A stretch of DNA of 64,000 nucleotides from Myxococcales bacterium (GTDB lineage: Bacteria > Myxococcota_A > UBA9042 > JABWCM01 > BTVJ01). Shown one piece after another: positions 54,248-64,000 of the stretch (its first letter is position 1; every line of letters begins with the position of its first letter). The stretch is from contig BTVJ01000016.1 in NCBI GenBank assembly GCA_045863395.1, forward strand, positions 32,001-96,000. The letters run 5' to 3'. Made by a program: the position numbers and the translations under genes. The notes below the pieces were generated by a model. That model ran no database searches. It saw only the letters and a program-made list of their open reading frames with translations, and was not told the DNA's origin.

Positions 54248-57200
54248 ATGAAGACCCGACTGTTGCTGCTCGCCCTGGTCTTCGCGGCGGGCTGCGCCGA
54301 CGAGGGCGGGACGCTCCGCGCCAAGCAGATCGACTCGCGCTTCGAGGTGGTGGGCGGGCCCGTCGCCATGGCGGACGTCGGCGACTTCCTGCTCGAGAAC
54401 GATCAGATCCGCGTGGCCATCCTCGGGGCGAAGCACTCGCCGGGGCCGGGCGTGTTCGGCGGCTCCATCGTGGACGCGGACATCCGCCGCAAGGACCAGC
54501 GCTTTGCCGAGGGGCGGGGGCGCGACCGCTTCGCCGAGCTGTTCCCCGTCGCCAACCTGCTGGTGCCGGACCCGACGGCCACCGAGGTGTTCGTCCTGTC
54601 CGACGGGAGCGACGGCAAGGAGGCCGCGATTCGGGTCCGGGGCCAGGGGCGCTTCCTCTTCGAGGCGATCAGCGTCCTCAAGACCTTCAGCGACATCCTG
54701 GGCATCCTCTTCAACAACGTGAAGCCCGACGTCACGTTCCAGACGGACTATATCCTGAGGCCCGGCGACCGCTTCGTGACCATCCGCACGACGCTGGAGC
54801 TTCCGGTGAAGGCGGACCTCACCAAGTGCCCCGAGCTCGACTGCCCCGGCAAGACCGACTCCTGCGCGCACGGCCCGGGCCTCGACGCGGACCTGTGCCC
54901 GACGTGCGAGTGCGCCGAGTCCCGCCCCATGCCCAACTACACCGCCCCGATGGGGCTGTTCAGGGCGATCCTGGGCGACAACCGGGGCTCGGCGGACGCA
55001 GAGCTGCGGGGCGGCCTGGCGGCGGGCGACTTCGTGTTCTTCGGCAACCAGAACGACATCTTCGCCCCGGGCATGGGCTTCGACGAAGAGAAGAAGGTCT
55101 TCGACAACATCTTCGAGGGCAAGGACACCTTCGAGGCTCCCATGGAGTTCGAGTTCGTGGCGGCCTCGGGCGGGGACGTGAGCTACGGCTACTTCACGAA
55201 GCCCGAAAAGGACAAGGACCCGTCCAAGGTGCTCGTGCCTCTGTTCACGAGCGCGTCGACCGCCTTCCTCACCGCCGGCATCAACTGCCTGAACGCGGAC
55301 ACGGACGACGCCGACTGCGACCAGATCCGCGTGTTCACCTACGAGCGCTACTTCGCGGTGGGCGACGGCGACATCGCCAGCGTGGCCCAGATCGCGTGGA
55401 AGCAGCGCGGCACGGACACGGGGCGCGTCCGCGGCCACGTGATCTGGGGCGAGACGGCGCAGCCCGTGCCCAACGCGCGGGTCTTCGTGTTCACGAACCC
55501 CGACCCGAAGAAGGCGTGGACGAGCGTGGACGAGCTGGCCGAGGCGAACATGGCGGTGGGGAGCGACCCCGGGCTCCTGGTCACCATGGACGCCGACAAG
55601 GGGCTCGATCTGGTGGAGGACGGCGACTTTGCGTCGGACGTCCCGGCTGGCGACTGGGTGGTGGTGGCGACGGACGCGAATGGCACGGTGGTCTCCCTCC
55701 CCATCGCGGTCAAGGTGCAGAAGGGCAAGACGGAGGTGGTGATCCCCGCGCTCCCGACACCAGCGCGCCTGGCCTACCGGGTCATGGACGAGACGGGCGG
55801 CCTGACCCCCGCGAAGATCACGCTGCGGTCCCTGGACGCGGACGGGCAGCCCCTGGAGCGGGACGGCCTGCGCCGGGTCTACATGGGCGACTCGCGCTAC
55901 GGCAACGGCATCCGCCACACGATCTCGACGACGACGGGCATCGGGGAGGCCCTGGTGGAGCCCGGCCGCTACGAGGTGATGGCCTCGCGGGGCTTCGACC
56001 GGGCGATCCACCGCGTCGAGGACGTGACCTTGAAGAGCGGGCAGCTCTTCCGTTTCGACGCGAGCATCCCGAAGGAGGTTGACACCAACGGCTGGCGCGG
56101 TGGCGACTTCCACCTTCACGCGCTGCCGAGCTTCGACAGCGGCATGCCGCTCGACATGCGCGTGACGACGGCGGTGGTCGAGGGCCTCGACATGGCCGTG
56201 GCCACGGACCACGACGTGCTGACGGACTACAAGCCGGCGCTGCGGGAGCTGATGCTGGAGTCCTACCTGGGCACCGCCATCGGCGCCGAGGTGTCCACCC
56301 TGGAGCTGGGGCACTTCATCGGGTTCCCCTTGGAGTACGACGAGCTCAAGATCCCGGACCACGGCAACCCGGACTGGACCTGCCGCTCCGGCGGCGAGAT
56401 CATGGACTCGCTGCGGGCGGTGGCGGCGCCGGGATCGGACCCGGTGGTCATCGTGGCCCACCCGCGGGATGGCACCATCGGCTACCTGGACCAGTTCGGC
56501 GTCAACCCCTACACCATGAACCGGGACACCCCGCTGGTGGAGGAGAACAACGTCCTGATGCGCACCATGGAGTGCAATTGGGATGCGATGGAGGTCTTCA
56601 ACTCCAAGCGCTTCGACCTGGTGCGGACGCCGAGCATCGAGGAGGTCACGGACTTCAACCGCTGCCTGGCGCGCATCGACGCCTCCGAAGACGAGGCCGC
56701 CCTGGACGCGGCGTGCCCCGAGCTGTCCGACAAGCGCCTCGCCGAGTGCAAGCCCGGGGAGCGCTTCGCGGTCTGCCGCCACCGGAACCGCACGGAGCTG
56801 GCGTGGGCCATCTCCAAGCGGATCCTGACCCGGACGCCAGAGGAGCAGGAGTTGGTCTGGGGCTTCGACATGACCGTGGACGCGGCCGAGAAGCTCTGCG
56901 ACCCGAAGGGGCTCGGTGACAAGCCGCTGCCCGACGAGCGGAAGCACCTGCCGTGCGTGCAGCACGTGGGGCAGATAGACGAGCTGTTTCGGTTCTTCGA
57001 GTACGGGCTGACCCCCACGCTGGTCGGCGGCTCGGACAGCCACAGCTTCCAGCGGGAGCCCGGCACCCCGCGCACCTGGTTCCGCAGCGACGCGGGGTCT
57101 CCGCACACCATCGACGCGGACGAGACCGCGGCCACCCTGAAGAAGGCCAACGCCTTCGCCACCTACGGGCCGTTCATCCGCATGTCGGTGGACGGCAAGA

Positions 57201-57841
57201 CCTTCGGGGAGGTGGCGTCCGCCAAGGCCGGGGGGACGAAGAAGGTGCAGCTCCGGGTGGAGACCGCGAGCTGGTTCGGCGTGGAGCGGGCCGAGGTCTA
57301 CGTCAGCGGCAAGCTCGTGAAGGTCATCGAGAAGGACGTGGACCCGGAGCGCATCGTGGACATCGACGAGACCGTGGACATCGAGCTGCCCGACCACGAC
57401 TCGTGGGTCGCGGTCGTGACCATGGGCCTCGACGAGAAGCACCTCATGCGGCCGACCATCCTGGACGTGCCCTTCGGCGAGCTCCAGCTCCCGCGCGTGG
57501 CGGCGCTGGCCTTCCAGAACCTGGAGTTCTTCGCGGGCATCTTCCCGCCGAGCCCCCCGGTCCCCGACTGGTTCCCCGTGCCGGCGTTCGCCATCACCAA
57601 CCCCATCTGGCTCGACACGGACGGCGACGGCAAGTACACGGCGCCCAAGGGCGACGCCCCCTTCTGCAGCAAGCCGTGCGTCCCCGTCGCGGAGGGCGCG
57701 GAGCCCACGGAGGAGCAGAAGACCCAGTGCCCCGAGGGCCAGGTCTGCCTCGCCGTGGAGAAGGTGTGCGGCATGGACATCCAGACCATGTGCGAGATGA
57801 AGGACTTCCGGCCCGTGGGCATGACGGACGGGAAGCTGTAG
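54248..57841 (+). CDS. Large lipoprotein, PHP-domain (CehA/McbA-like) metallohydrolase
   Basis: Lipobox AAGC; GDFLLENDQIRVAI; GDFHLH, TDHD, GAEVS..GHF, AHPR, GSDSH, TYGPF. Confidence 0.8.
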   Translation: MKTRLLLLALVFAAGCADEGGTLRAKQIDSRFEVVGGPVAMADVGDFLLENDQIRVAILGAKHSPGPGVFGGSIVDADIRRKDQRFAEGRGRDRFAELFPVANLLVPDPTATEVFVLSDGSDGKEAAIRVRGQGRFLFEAISVLKTFSDILGILFNNVKPDVTFQTDYILRPGDRFVTIRTTLELPVKADLTKCPELDCPGKTDSCAHGPGLDADLCPTCECAESRPMPNYTAPMGLFRAILGDNRGSADAELRGGLAAGDFVFFGNQNDIFAPGMGFDEEKKVFDNIFEGKDTFEAPMEFEFVAASGGDVSYGYFTKPEKDKDPSKVLVPLFTSASTAFLTAGINCLNADTDDADCDQIRVFTYERYFAVGDGDIASVAQIAWKQRGTDTGRVRGHVIWGETAQPVPNARVFVFTNPDPKKAWTSVDELAEANMAVGSDPGLLVTMDADKGLDLVEDGDFASDVPAGDWVVVATDANGTVVSLPIAVKVQKGKTEVVIPALPTPARLAYRVMDETGGLTPAKITLRSLDADGQPLERDGLRRVYMGDSRYGNGIRHTISTTTGIGEALVEPGRYEVMASRGFDRAIHRVEDVTLKSGQLFRFDASIPKEVDTNGWRGGDFHLHALPSFDSGMPLDMRVTTAVVEGLDMAVATDHDVLTDYKPALRELMLESYLGTAIGAEVSTLELGHFIGFPLEYDELKIPDHGNPDWTCRSGGEIMDSLRAVAAPGSDPVVIVAHPRDGTIGYLDQFGVNPYTMNRDTPLVEENNVLMRTMECNWDAMEVFNSKRFDLVRTPSIEEVTDFNRCLARIDASEDEAALDAACPELSDKRLAECKPGERFAVCRHRNRTELAWAISKRILTRTPEEQELVWGFDMTVDAAEKLCDPKGLGDKPLPDERKHLPCVQHVGQIDELFRFFEYGLTPTLVGGSDSHSFQREPGTPRTWFRSDAGSPHTIDADETAATLKKANAFATYGPFIRMSVDGKTFGEVASAKAGGTKKVQLRVETASWFGVERAEVYVSGKLVKVIEKDVDPERIVDIDETVDIELPDHDSWVAVVTMGLDEKHLMRPTILDVPFGELQLPRVAALAFQNLEFFAGIFPPSPPVPDWFPVPAFAITNPIWLDTDGDGKYTAPKGDAPFCSKPCVPVAEGAEPTEEQKTQCPEGQVCLAVEKVCGMDIQTMCEMKDFRPVGMTDGKL

Positions 57842-57866
57842 GGGGCTATCGAGAGGAGGCGGCACA

Positions 57867-59351
57867 ATGGAACGATGGCTCATCGTGCTGCTGCTCGTCT
57901 CGTGCAAGGGGTCCTCGCCGCCCGATCCTGCGAGCCCCACCCGGGGAACAGCGCAGTCCCCGTCTACGGCGACTCCCGAGGGGGCAGCCGGAGGCTCCGA
58001 GCCCCGGGAGGCCGCGCAGGTCACTCCCGGGCCCGAGGCCCTCGTGAGTGAGGCGGAGCTCACCCCACTCCAGGCCGCGCTGAACGCCTTCGTCACCGAG
58101 AGTCAGGCCCGTCGCTGCTCCGTGCCCCCGTTGCGCGGAGAGGCGCGCCCTGGGAGGGCGGACGCGGCCATCGAGGCGATCCTGCGACCGAGCACGCCTG
58201 AGCTGGTGGCGTGCGCCGAGGCCGCGGAGAGGCACCGGGACGCGCTCGCGAAGCAGGCGGACGGGGAGCCCGATCCGGAGGTCCTGGAGGTGGTCGAGGC
58301 GTGCGACGCCCTCGACGACGCGGTCCACGCGGCCGCGGCCCACGAGGACGCCTGCTCTCCCTATCTCGCTGGACGCCGCGGGCTCCCGAAGATCCTGCGG
58401 GCCCTGGCGCTTGGGCGCGCCGTCGCGGCGCGGGCCCAGACCCATGCCCGCGCTGGGAGGCAAGAGGAGGCGCTCTCCCTGGCGCTGGACTGGCTCCGGG
58501 TTACGCAGCACCTCTCGCGGGGCCCCGGGGCACCGCTGCTCGCCGCCATGGCGGGGAACGCCGCCGTGGACACGATGATCCAGGGCGTGGTGGCGCCGCT
58601 GCTCGGGCCTGGGGCCTCGGCGACGCTTGCAGAGCGGGCGGAGCGGGAGCTCGCGCTGCTCCTCGACGGGGAGCCGCGCTTCGCGGACCTGCTGGCCTAC
58701 GAGCGCTACGCCCTCCCTCTGCAGACGGTCCTGCCGGGCCTGCGCGGCCGGGGCTGGGAGCCTCCCGGCGGCTTTGACGAGGGAGGGCGACCCATGGAGG
58801 GCGGCACCCTTGGGGCCGAGTTTCCAGGCGTCGGCGAGCGCGAGGCCCTCATGCTTGCCTGGATTGCCATAGACCGAAACGGGGAGCGCATGACCGCCGC
58901 CTGTCCCCCGGAGGCGACCCTGACGGAGTGTCGCACCGGGCTCGCCCGGCTCCAGGACGCGACGCTGGCGAAGCAGCCGAAGGGCCTTGGCTCGCTGCTG
59001 GCGGTCGCGGCCGCGGAGGACCAGCGGGCCGCAGTCCGAGACCAGATCCTCACGATCCTCGAGTCCATCGCCCAGCCGTCCTTCGCGCGGTACGTGGACC
59101 ACCTCGCCCTGCGCCGCTTCCAGCTCGCCGCAGCCCGCGTGCACGCGGCGGTGGCCGTGAGCCGCGCCCGCACGGGCACCTGCCCGACCGTCGCGGAGCT
59201 GGAGGCGCCCCACTGGGCCGAGCGCCTCCAGGTCCCAGGCGTGGCCGAGGCGATGACGGTGGAGGCGAGCGACGTGGGCATCGTGCTGACACCGCCCGCC
59301 GAGATTGTGGATGGAGCCCGACGGTACGTGGTGACCTGCGCCGGCCGGTGA
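57867..59351 (+). CDS. Lipoprotein, hypothetical (helical)
   Basis: GGAGG RBS; lipobox LVSC; no recognised domain. Confidence 0.7.
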   Translation: MERWLIVLLLVSCKGSSPPDPASPTRGTAQSPSTATPEGAAGGSEPREAAQVTPGPEALVSEAELTPLQAALNAFVTESQARRCSVPPLRGEARPGRADAAIEAILRPSTPELVACAEAAERHRDALAKQADGEPDPEVLEVVEACDALDDAVHAAAAHEDACSPYLAGRRGLPKILRALALGRAVAARAQTHARAGRQEEALSLALDWLRVTQHLSRGPGAPLLAAMAGNAAVDTMIQGVVAPLLGPGASATLAERAERELALLLDGEPRFADLLAYERYALPLQTVLPGLRGRGWEPPGGFDEGGRPMEGGTLGAEFPGVGEREALMLAWIAIDRNGERMTAACPPEATLTECRTGLARLQDATLAKQPKGLGSLLAVAAAEDQRAAVRDQILTILESIAQPSFARYVDHLALRRFQLAAARVHAAVAVSRARTGTCPTVAELEAPHWAERLQVPGVAEAMTVEASDVGIVLTPPAEIVDGARRYVVTCAGR

Positions 59352-59543
59352 CCACAGGGACCGCATGGCCAGACCCTCGCTCCTCGATCCAGCCGAGCCG
59401 ACGACCGCCCCGCCAGCGTGGCATCAGCCTCCACGGCCGCGCCCCATCGTGAGGTCGAGGCAGGATCCTGCGACGCAGCCGGGCTCGCAACGAGGTGCTC
59501 GTCCCGCTATCATCCACGGCTCACCCTGAACCGGAGGTCACCC

Positions 59544-60335
59544 TTGAGAGCTACGACGCCCAACGCACGCACCCAGCAGACTCCCCCCGCAGCGTCTCCG
59601 GGTGGGCCCGACCGGCTCCCCGGCCGCTCCCCATCGCTCGCCTCAGCCGCGCGGTGGAGCCTCCCGCTCGCCGCACTCCTGGCGCTGGCGCCAGCCGCCC
59701 ACGCCGACGTCCCCTCCCCCGCCGGCTTCAGCATCGACGAGTCCGGCTGCGCCAGCGGCGGGCCGACGACCTCGTTCTTCGCCGACGGATCGGTGGTCAA
59801 GGAGGACTGCGGCGACGACTGCCCCAACATCCTGGAGGGGACCTGGAAGCTGAGCGGAACGACCATTACGATCCAGTACACCCGCGCCTTCTACGGAAAG
59901 GGCGACAAGCCAGCTCCCGGCCCGACCCCCGCCCGGACCATCTACGAGAACTACGCCGGAGTGAGCAAGCCGGTGGCCACGACCGAGACCATCGAGTGGT
60001 CGGGCACGGACGCGGGCGAAGGGTGCGAGGCCATCGTGCGGCACAAGGCGACGCCGGGCGCGCGGGCGGCCCTCAAGGGCTCCTTCGTGGCGTCGTGGCC
60101 GGAGCTCTCTGCACGCGAGCTGACCCGCGAGGAGCTGGCCGGGCGCTCGAAGAAGGAGCTGGCGCTCATGCGCAACGAGATCTTCGCGAGCTACGGCTAC
60201 ATCTTCAAGAAGGCGGAGTACAAGCGCCACTTCGGCGCCGTAAAGGGCTACCAGGCGCGCTTCACCGACGTCGGCCAGTTCTTGAGCCCCATCGAGCACA
60301 AGAACGTGGCGCTGATCAAGGAGCTGGAGAAGTGA
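59544..60335 (+). CDS. Secreted YARHG-domain protein
   Basis: C-terminal ELALMRNEIFASYGYIFK..LSPIEHKNVALIK; GGAGG then TTG start (uncertain). Confidence 0.75.
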   Translation: MRATTPNARTQQTPPAASPGGPDRLPGRSPSLASAARWSLPLAALLALAPAAHADVPSPAGFSIDESGCASGGPTTSFFADGSVVKEDCGDDCPNILEGTWKLSGTTITIQYTRAFYGKGDKPAPGPTPARTIYENYAGVSKPVATTETIEWSGTDAGEGCEAIVRHKATPGARAALKGSFVASWPELSARELTREELAGRSKKELALMRNEIFASYGYIFKKAEYKRHFGAVKGYQARFTDVGQFLSPIEHKNVALIKELEK

Positions 60336-60880
60336 GCGGGGACCGGGCGGGCCGCGGGGTGTGGGCCTCCGTCCTCCGGGGCCTCAACGTGGCGGGGGCC
60401 CGCCCGGTGTCCATGGCAGCCCTGCGGGGAGTCTACGAGGGGCTGGGGTTCCGCAACGTCCGGACCTACGTACAGAGCGGCAACGTCGTCTTTCAGGGGC
60501 CGCCCGATGAGCGAGATGCACTGGAGGCGAGGATCCAGGCGGCGCTTGGGGAGACTCTCGGTCTCCCGGACGTCGACGTCTTCCTGCGGGCACGCGACGA
60601 GCTGGAGCGGCTGGTTCGAGCAAACCCGTTCCTCGCCATCGAGTCCGACCCCACGAAGCTCCACGCCACCTTCCACGGCCCGCCGACGCGGGAGCCACCG
60701 GCACCTGTCTCCGGCCGCGACACCTTCGTTCTCGGCGACGGCGCCGTCTACGTCCACTGCCCGGATGGCTACGGCCGCACCAAGCTCAACAACGCCTGGT
60801 TCGAGCGCGCGCTGGGCACCCGCGCGACGACCCGCAACTGGCGGACGGTCACGGCGCTGCTGGATCTGGTGGGCGGCTGA
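60332..60880 (+). CDS. DUF1697 family protein
   Basis: LRGLNVAG..MAALR, VRTYVQSGNVVF, TTRNWRTV. Confidence 0.85.
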   Translation: MSGDRAGRGVWASVLRGLNVAGARPVSMAALRGVYEGLGFRNVRTYVQSGNVVFQGPPDERDALEARIQAALGETLGLPDVDVFLRARDELERLVRANPFLAIESDPTKLHATFHGPPTREPPAPVSGRDTFVLGDGAVYVHCPDGYGRTKLNNAWFERALGTRATTRNWRTVTALLDLVGG

Positions 60881-60991
60881 CGGGGGCGGCTCCTGGCCGA
60901 CGGTGCTCGATGCCGGGCAGCGGGCGTCCGGACACCAGAGTCGCGACATTGCATGATGCGCATCGTCGCGCTCCGCGCTATCCTCGCCGCC

Positions 60992-62461
60992 ATGAAGATC
61001 CTCTTCGTCTCCTCCGAGGTAGCTCCCTTCGCCAAGGCCGGCGGCCTGGGCGACGTGTCCGCGGCCCTGCCGCGCCAGCTCGCGGCGCTCGGGCACGACG
61101 TGCGCGTCGTGATGCCCCTCTATGCGCGGGTGCGGCAGCCGGGGCGCGCGTTCACCGAGGTCATGCCGGACGTCACCTTCACCATGGGGCCCCGGGAGGT
61201 GCGCTTCTCGGTGGCGGAGGCGCCGCTGCCGGGCACGCGCGTACCCGTGTACTTCGTGCGGTGTCCGTCGCTGTTCGACCGCCCCGAGCTGTACGGCTCC
61301 GGCGAGGACGAGCACCTGCGCTTCGGGGTCCTGAGCTGGGTGTCGCTGCTGATCTGCCAGCACCTGAAGTTCGCCCCCGACATCGCGCACGTCAACGACT
61401 GGCAAAGCGCGCTCGTGCCACTCCTGCTGCGCTCCCTGTTCGCGTGGGACCGCCTGTTCGCCGAGACGCGGTCCGTTCTGACCATCCACAACCTGGGCCA
61501 CCAGGGCACGTTCGGCGCGCACGCTGCCTACGAGGTCGGCCTGGGCCCCGCGCTGAACCTCGTCCATGGAGACCACCTCGCCGCGGGCCGCTTCGGCTTC
61601 CTCCTGAGCGGGATCCTGCACGCCAACGCCATCACGACGGTCAGCCCGACCTACGCGCGAGAGATCCAGACCCCGGCCCACGGCGTGGGGCTCGACCCGT
61701 TCCTGCGGGCGCGGCGGGACGCGCTGTTCGGGATCCTGAATGGCATCGACGAGGCGGAGTGGAGCCCCGAGGTGGACCGCTACCTGGAGCACCCCTACTC
61801 GGCCTACGACCTGACCAACAAGGAGCTGTGCAAGCGCGACCTGGTGCGGTCCATGGCCCTGCCCTACCGCCCCGAGGCGCCCGTCCTCGGGCTCGTGACC
61901 CGCCTCGTGTGGCAGAAGGGGCTCGACCTCTGCATGGGGGTGCTCCCCCGCGTCCTGCGCACCCGCGGCGCCCAGCTCGTGGCGCTCGGCAAGGGCGAGC
62001 CCAAGTACGAGTGGTTCTTCCGCTCGCTGATGAAGGTCTTTCCCAAGCAGGTGGCCTTCCAGGCGGCCTTCAGCGAGGAGCGCGCCCACGCCATCGAGGC
62101 GGGCGCGGACCTGTTCCTGATGCCGTCCCGCTACGAGCCCTGCGGCCTGAACCAGATGTACAGCCTGCGCTACGGCACCCCGCCCGTGGTGCACCGCACC
62201 GGCGGCCTGGCTGACTCGGTGCGACCGTTCGTTCCCCCCGACGGCGGCAGCGGCACCGGCTTCGTGTTCAACGACTTCGACGAGTCTGGGTTCGCCTGGG
62301 CCCTGAACACGGCGCTGGACACGTGGATCTCGACCCGGGGCGAGCACCGCGAGCACTGGCGCGCACTTCAGCGGCGCGGCATGGCAGAGCCCCTCGGCTG
62401 GCAGCACCGCATCGGGGAGTATCTGGACGTGTACCGCTTCGTGGCGCCCGGGCGGGAGTGA
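60992..62461 (+). CDS. glgA: Glycogen synthase
   Basis: MKILFVSSEVAPFAKAGGLGDV (KxGG), HVNDWQ, TIHNLGHQG, MPSRYEPCGLNQMYSLRYGT. Confidence 0.93.
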   Translation: MKILFVSSEVAPFAKAGGLGDVSAALPRQLAALGHDVRVVMPLYARVRQPGRAFTEVMPDVTFTMGPREVRFSVAEAPLPGTRVPVYFVRCPSLFDRPELYGSGEDEHLRFGVLSWVSLLICQHLKFAPDIAHVNDWQSALVPLLLRSLFAWDRLFAETRSVLTIHNLGHQGTFGAHAAYEVGLGPALNLVHGDHLAAGRFGFLLSGILHANAITTVSPTYAREIQTPAHGVGLDPFLRARRDALFGILNGIDEAEWSPEVDRYLEHPYSAYDLTNKELCKRDLVRSMALPYRPEAPVLGLVTRLVWQKGLDLCMGVLPRVLRTRGAQLVALGKGEPKYEWFFRSLMKVFPKQVAFQAAFSEERAHAIEAGADLFLMPSRYEPCGLNQMYSLRYGTPPVVHRTGGLADSVRPFVPPDGGSGTGFVFNDFDESGFAWALNTALDTWISTRGEHREHWRALQRRGMAEPLGWQHRIGEYLDVYRFVAPGRE

Positions 62462-62467
62462 CTCTCG

Positions 62468-64000
62468 CTACTGGCAGATCCCGCCACCCGCGGTCTCGAT
62501 CTCGGCGTGGATGGTCCAGTAGCCCGCGCCATACTGGCTGGACGAGACCCAGGAGTAGGACGTGAGGCACCCAGCCCCCGGCCAGTAGGCGCCGCACGCC
62601 TTCAAGATGGACGTGCCGAATCCAGTCGCTGTGTGATACGCCGCCAGACCCAGATAGGCAGCGCACCGGACCCCGACTCGCAGGGCCTTGCCATCGGGGA
62701 TCACCACCCCCGCGCCGCCGTTCACCACCAGCTCCTGGAAGGCGACGGTGCCCTGAGCGACGTTGCCGGTCCAGAGCGCCGCCGCGTTCTCGGTCGCGGT
62801 CCCCACCGCATACACGTAGGCCTGCACCCCCGGCTTGGTGGCGTCCATCTTCACGTAGATCTTCTTGACCGTCACAGGTCCCACCACCTTCGGGAAGACG
62901 ATGGCGACCTCCTCCTGCTCCGCGAGCTGGTTGAAGGACGACTGGCTCCCGCTCGGGTTGTACCCGTACCACGTCGTCGCACCCACGTCCTGCACCTCGA
63001 CGCTGGCCGTCGCCGCCGCGCTCTCCAGCTCCCCGTCCGTCGCCTTGGCGAAGCACGACCAGACCTCGCACGCCGCCGTCGCCGACGCCGGCACCGTGGC
63101 CCCCGTCTGGGCCGTCGGGACGCCGTCTTTCTGCCACGAGTAGACGTAGGAGACCGGGTCGCCCTCCGGGTCCACGCCCGGTGACTTGATGGAGCAGGTC
63201 AGGGAGTCCGACACCGTGGGAATCAACGGCTTGATCTCCACCACCGGGGGCGTCGGTGCGCTGTTCGCCGGATTGCACACCCCGACCCCGTGGCTCGCCC
63301 CCACGATGACGCCGTCGTTGGCCTTGCCGCTGGCGTCATAGGCGATGGTCGCCTTGTCCGCCTCGAAGCGGAAGTAGGCGAGGGTCGAGAGATCGGGGCT
63401 GAACGAGACTTTGGGTGCAAAAGACGCCGCGTAGCGCGCGGTGGAGGAGACCCGCACCTCGTCGAGCGTCCCCGCAAAGGGGCTCGTCTGGGCCCCGTCA
63501 TTGCCCAGCACGAGAGAGCCGCCTCCCTCGAAGGCTACGCCGACGGTCATGACCTCGTCGGGCTGCTTCTGGCCCCCGACGAACAGCCGAAGGTTGCCGC
63601 CATCGTAGGTCATGGCGACGTGCGTGTAGAGACCGGCGGGGAGCCCGTCCGTGGCGGTCACGGTCCATGAATTTGCGCCGTCTCCAATGGCAGCGACCGG
63701 AGCCCCGCCGACCAGCGACAAGCGGAAGCCCTTGCCGCCCACCATGCGCTCGGCGATGACCCCGGAGTCGCCAGTCCGGCGCACCCACGTCTCCACGGTC
63801 ATTGCCCCCCCCGGGAACACCAACGTCGGCGCTGCCGCCACGAGCACCTGGTGCGTCGCTCCTCCAAAGACCACGCCGGTCCCCGACAACAGAGACACGG
63901 TGTCCGTCCCGGGCTCGCTCTGCCCGCCGTCTCCGTCGCTCGCCACCGCCGAGCACGTCCACTGGCCGCATTGGGTGGTCAGCGCCCCGTCCAGGGACGG
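62468..64000 (-). CDS. LamG-like jelly-roll + Ig-like extracellular protein (5' end beyond window)
   Basis: MTVETWVR, YTHVAMTYDG..LRLFVGG, FAGTLDEVRVS; DPEGDPVSYVYSW; frame stays open to the window edge. Confidence 0.8.
   Translation of the reverse strand, partial: PSLDGALTTQCGQWTCSAVASDGDGGQSEPGTDTVSLLSGTGVVFGGATHQVLVAAAPTLVFPGGAMTVETWVRRTGDSGVIAERMVGGKGFRLSLVGGAPVAAIGDGANSWTVTATDGLPAGLYTHVAMTYDGGNLRLFVGGQKQPDEVMTVGVAFEGGGSLVLGNDGAQTSPFAGTLDEVRVSSTARYAASFAPKVSFSPDLSTLAYFRFEADKATIAYDASGKANDGVIVGASHGVGVCNPANSAPTPPVVEIKPLIPTVSDSLTCSIKSPGVDPEGDPVSYVYSWQKDGVPTAQTGATVPASATAACEVWSCFAKATDGELESAAATASVEVQDVGATTWYGYNPSGSQSSFNQLAEQEEVAIVFPKVVGPVTVKKIYVKMDATKPGVQAYVYAVGTATENAAALWTGNVAQGTVAFQELVVNGGAGVVIPDGKALRVGVRCAAYLGLAAYHTATGFGTSILKACGAYWPGAGCLTSYSWVSSSQYGAGYWTIHAEIETAGGGICQ

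Overview
High-GC, gene-dense bacterial window, very likely Myxococcota-like (inference from a MYXO-CTERM-type tail, a Ser/Thr kinase-PEGA module and many lipoproteins with D/G/A/T-rich linkers). Left to right it holds: two tandem FadL-like outer-membrane barrels; an O-antigen ligase/Wzy-like membrane protein fused to a GH9 glycoside hydrolase; a tightly coupled seven-gene operon (DUF4157 protein, hypothetical, B12-binding radical SAM, two TPR-like proteins, small hydrophobic protein, eCIS-type AAA+ ATPase) with no sheath/tube/baseplate genes, which is the best candidate for an undescribed system; a 159-bp MITE with TAA target duplication inserted at the shared stop codons of two convergent genes; a Wzx/Wzy-type polysaccharide cluster with no in-cluster wzy; lipoproteins around a molybdate/tungstate ABC transporter and regulator; a lipoprotein with five Ig-like repeats and ten CxxCH heme motifs; a SatP-like channel with a C-terminal extension; a kinase-PEGA operon; an M23 peptidase; FNR; a porin plus PHP hydrolase; glgA; and a partial LamG protein. 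I saw no rRNA, tRNA or CRISPR array. All family assignments come from recognising motifs by eye, not from database searches.
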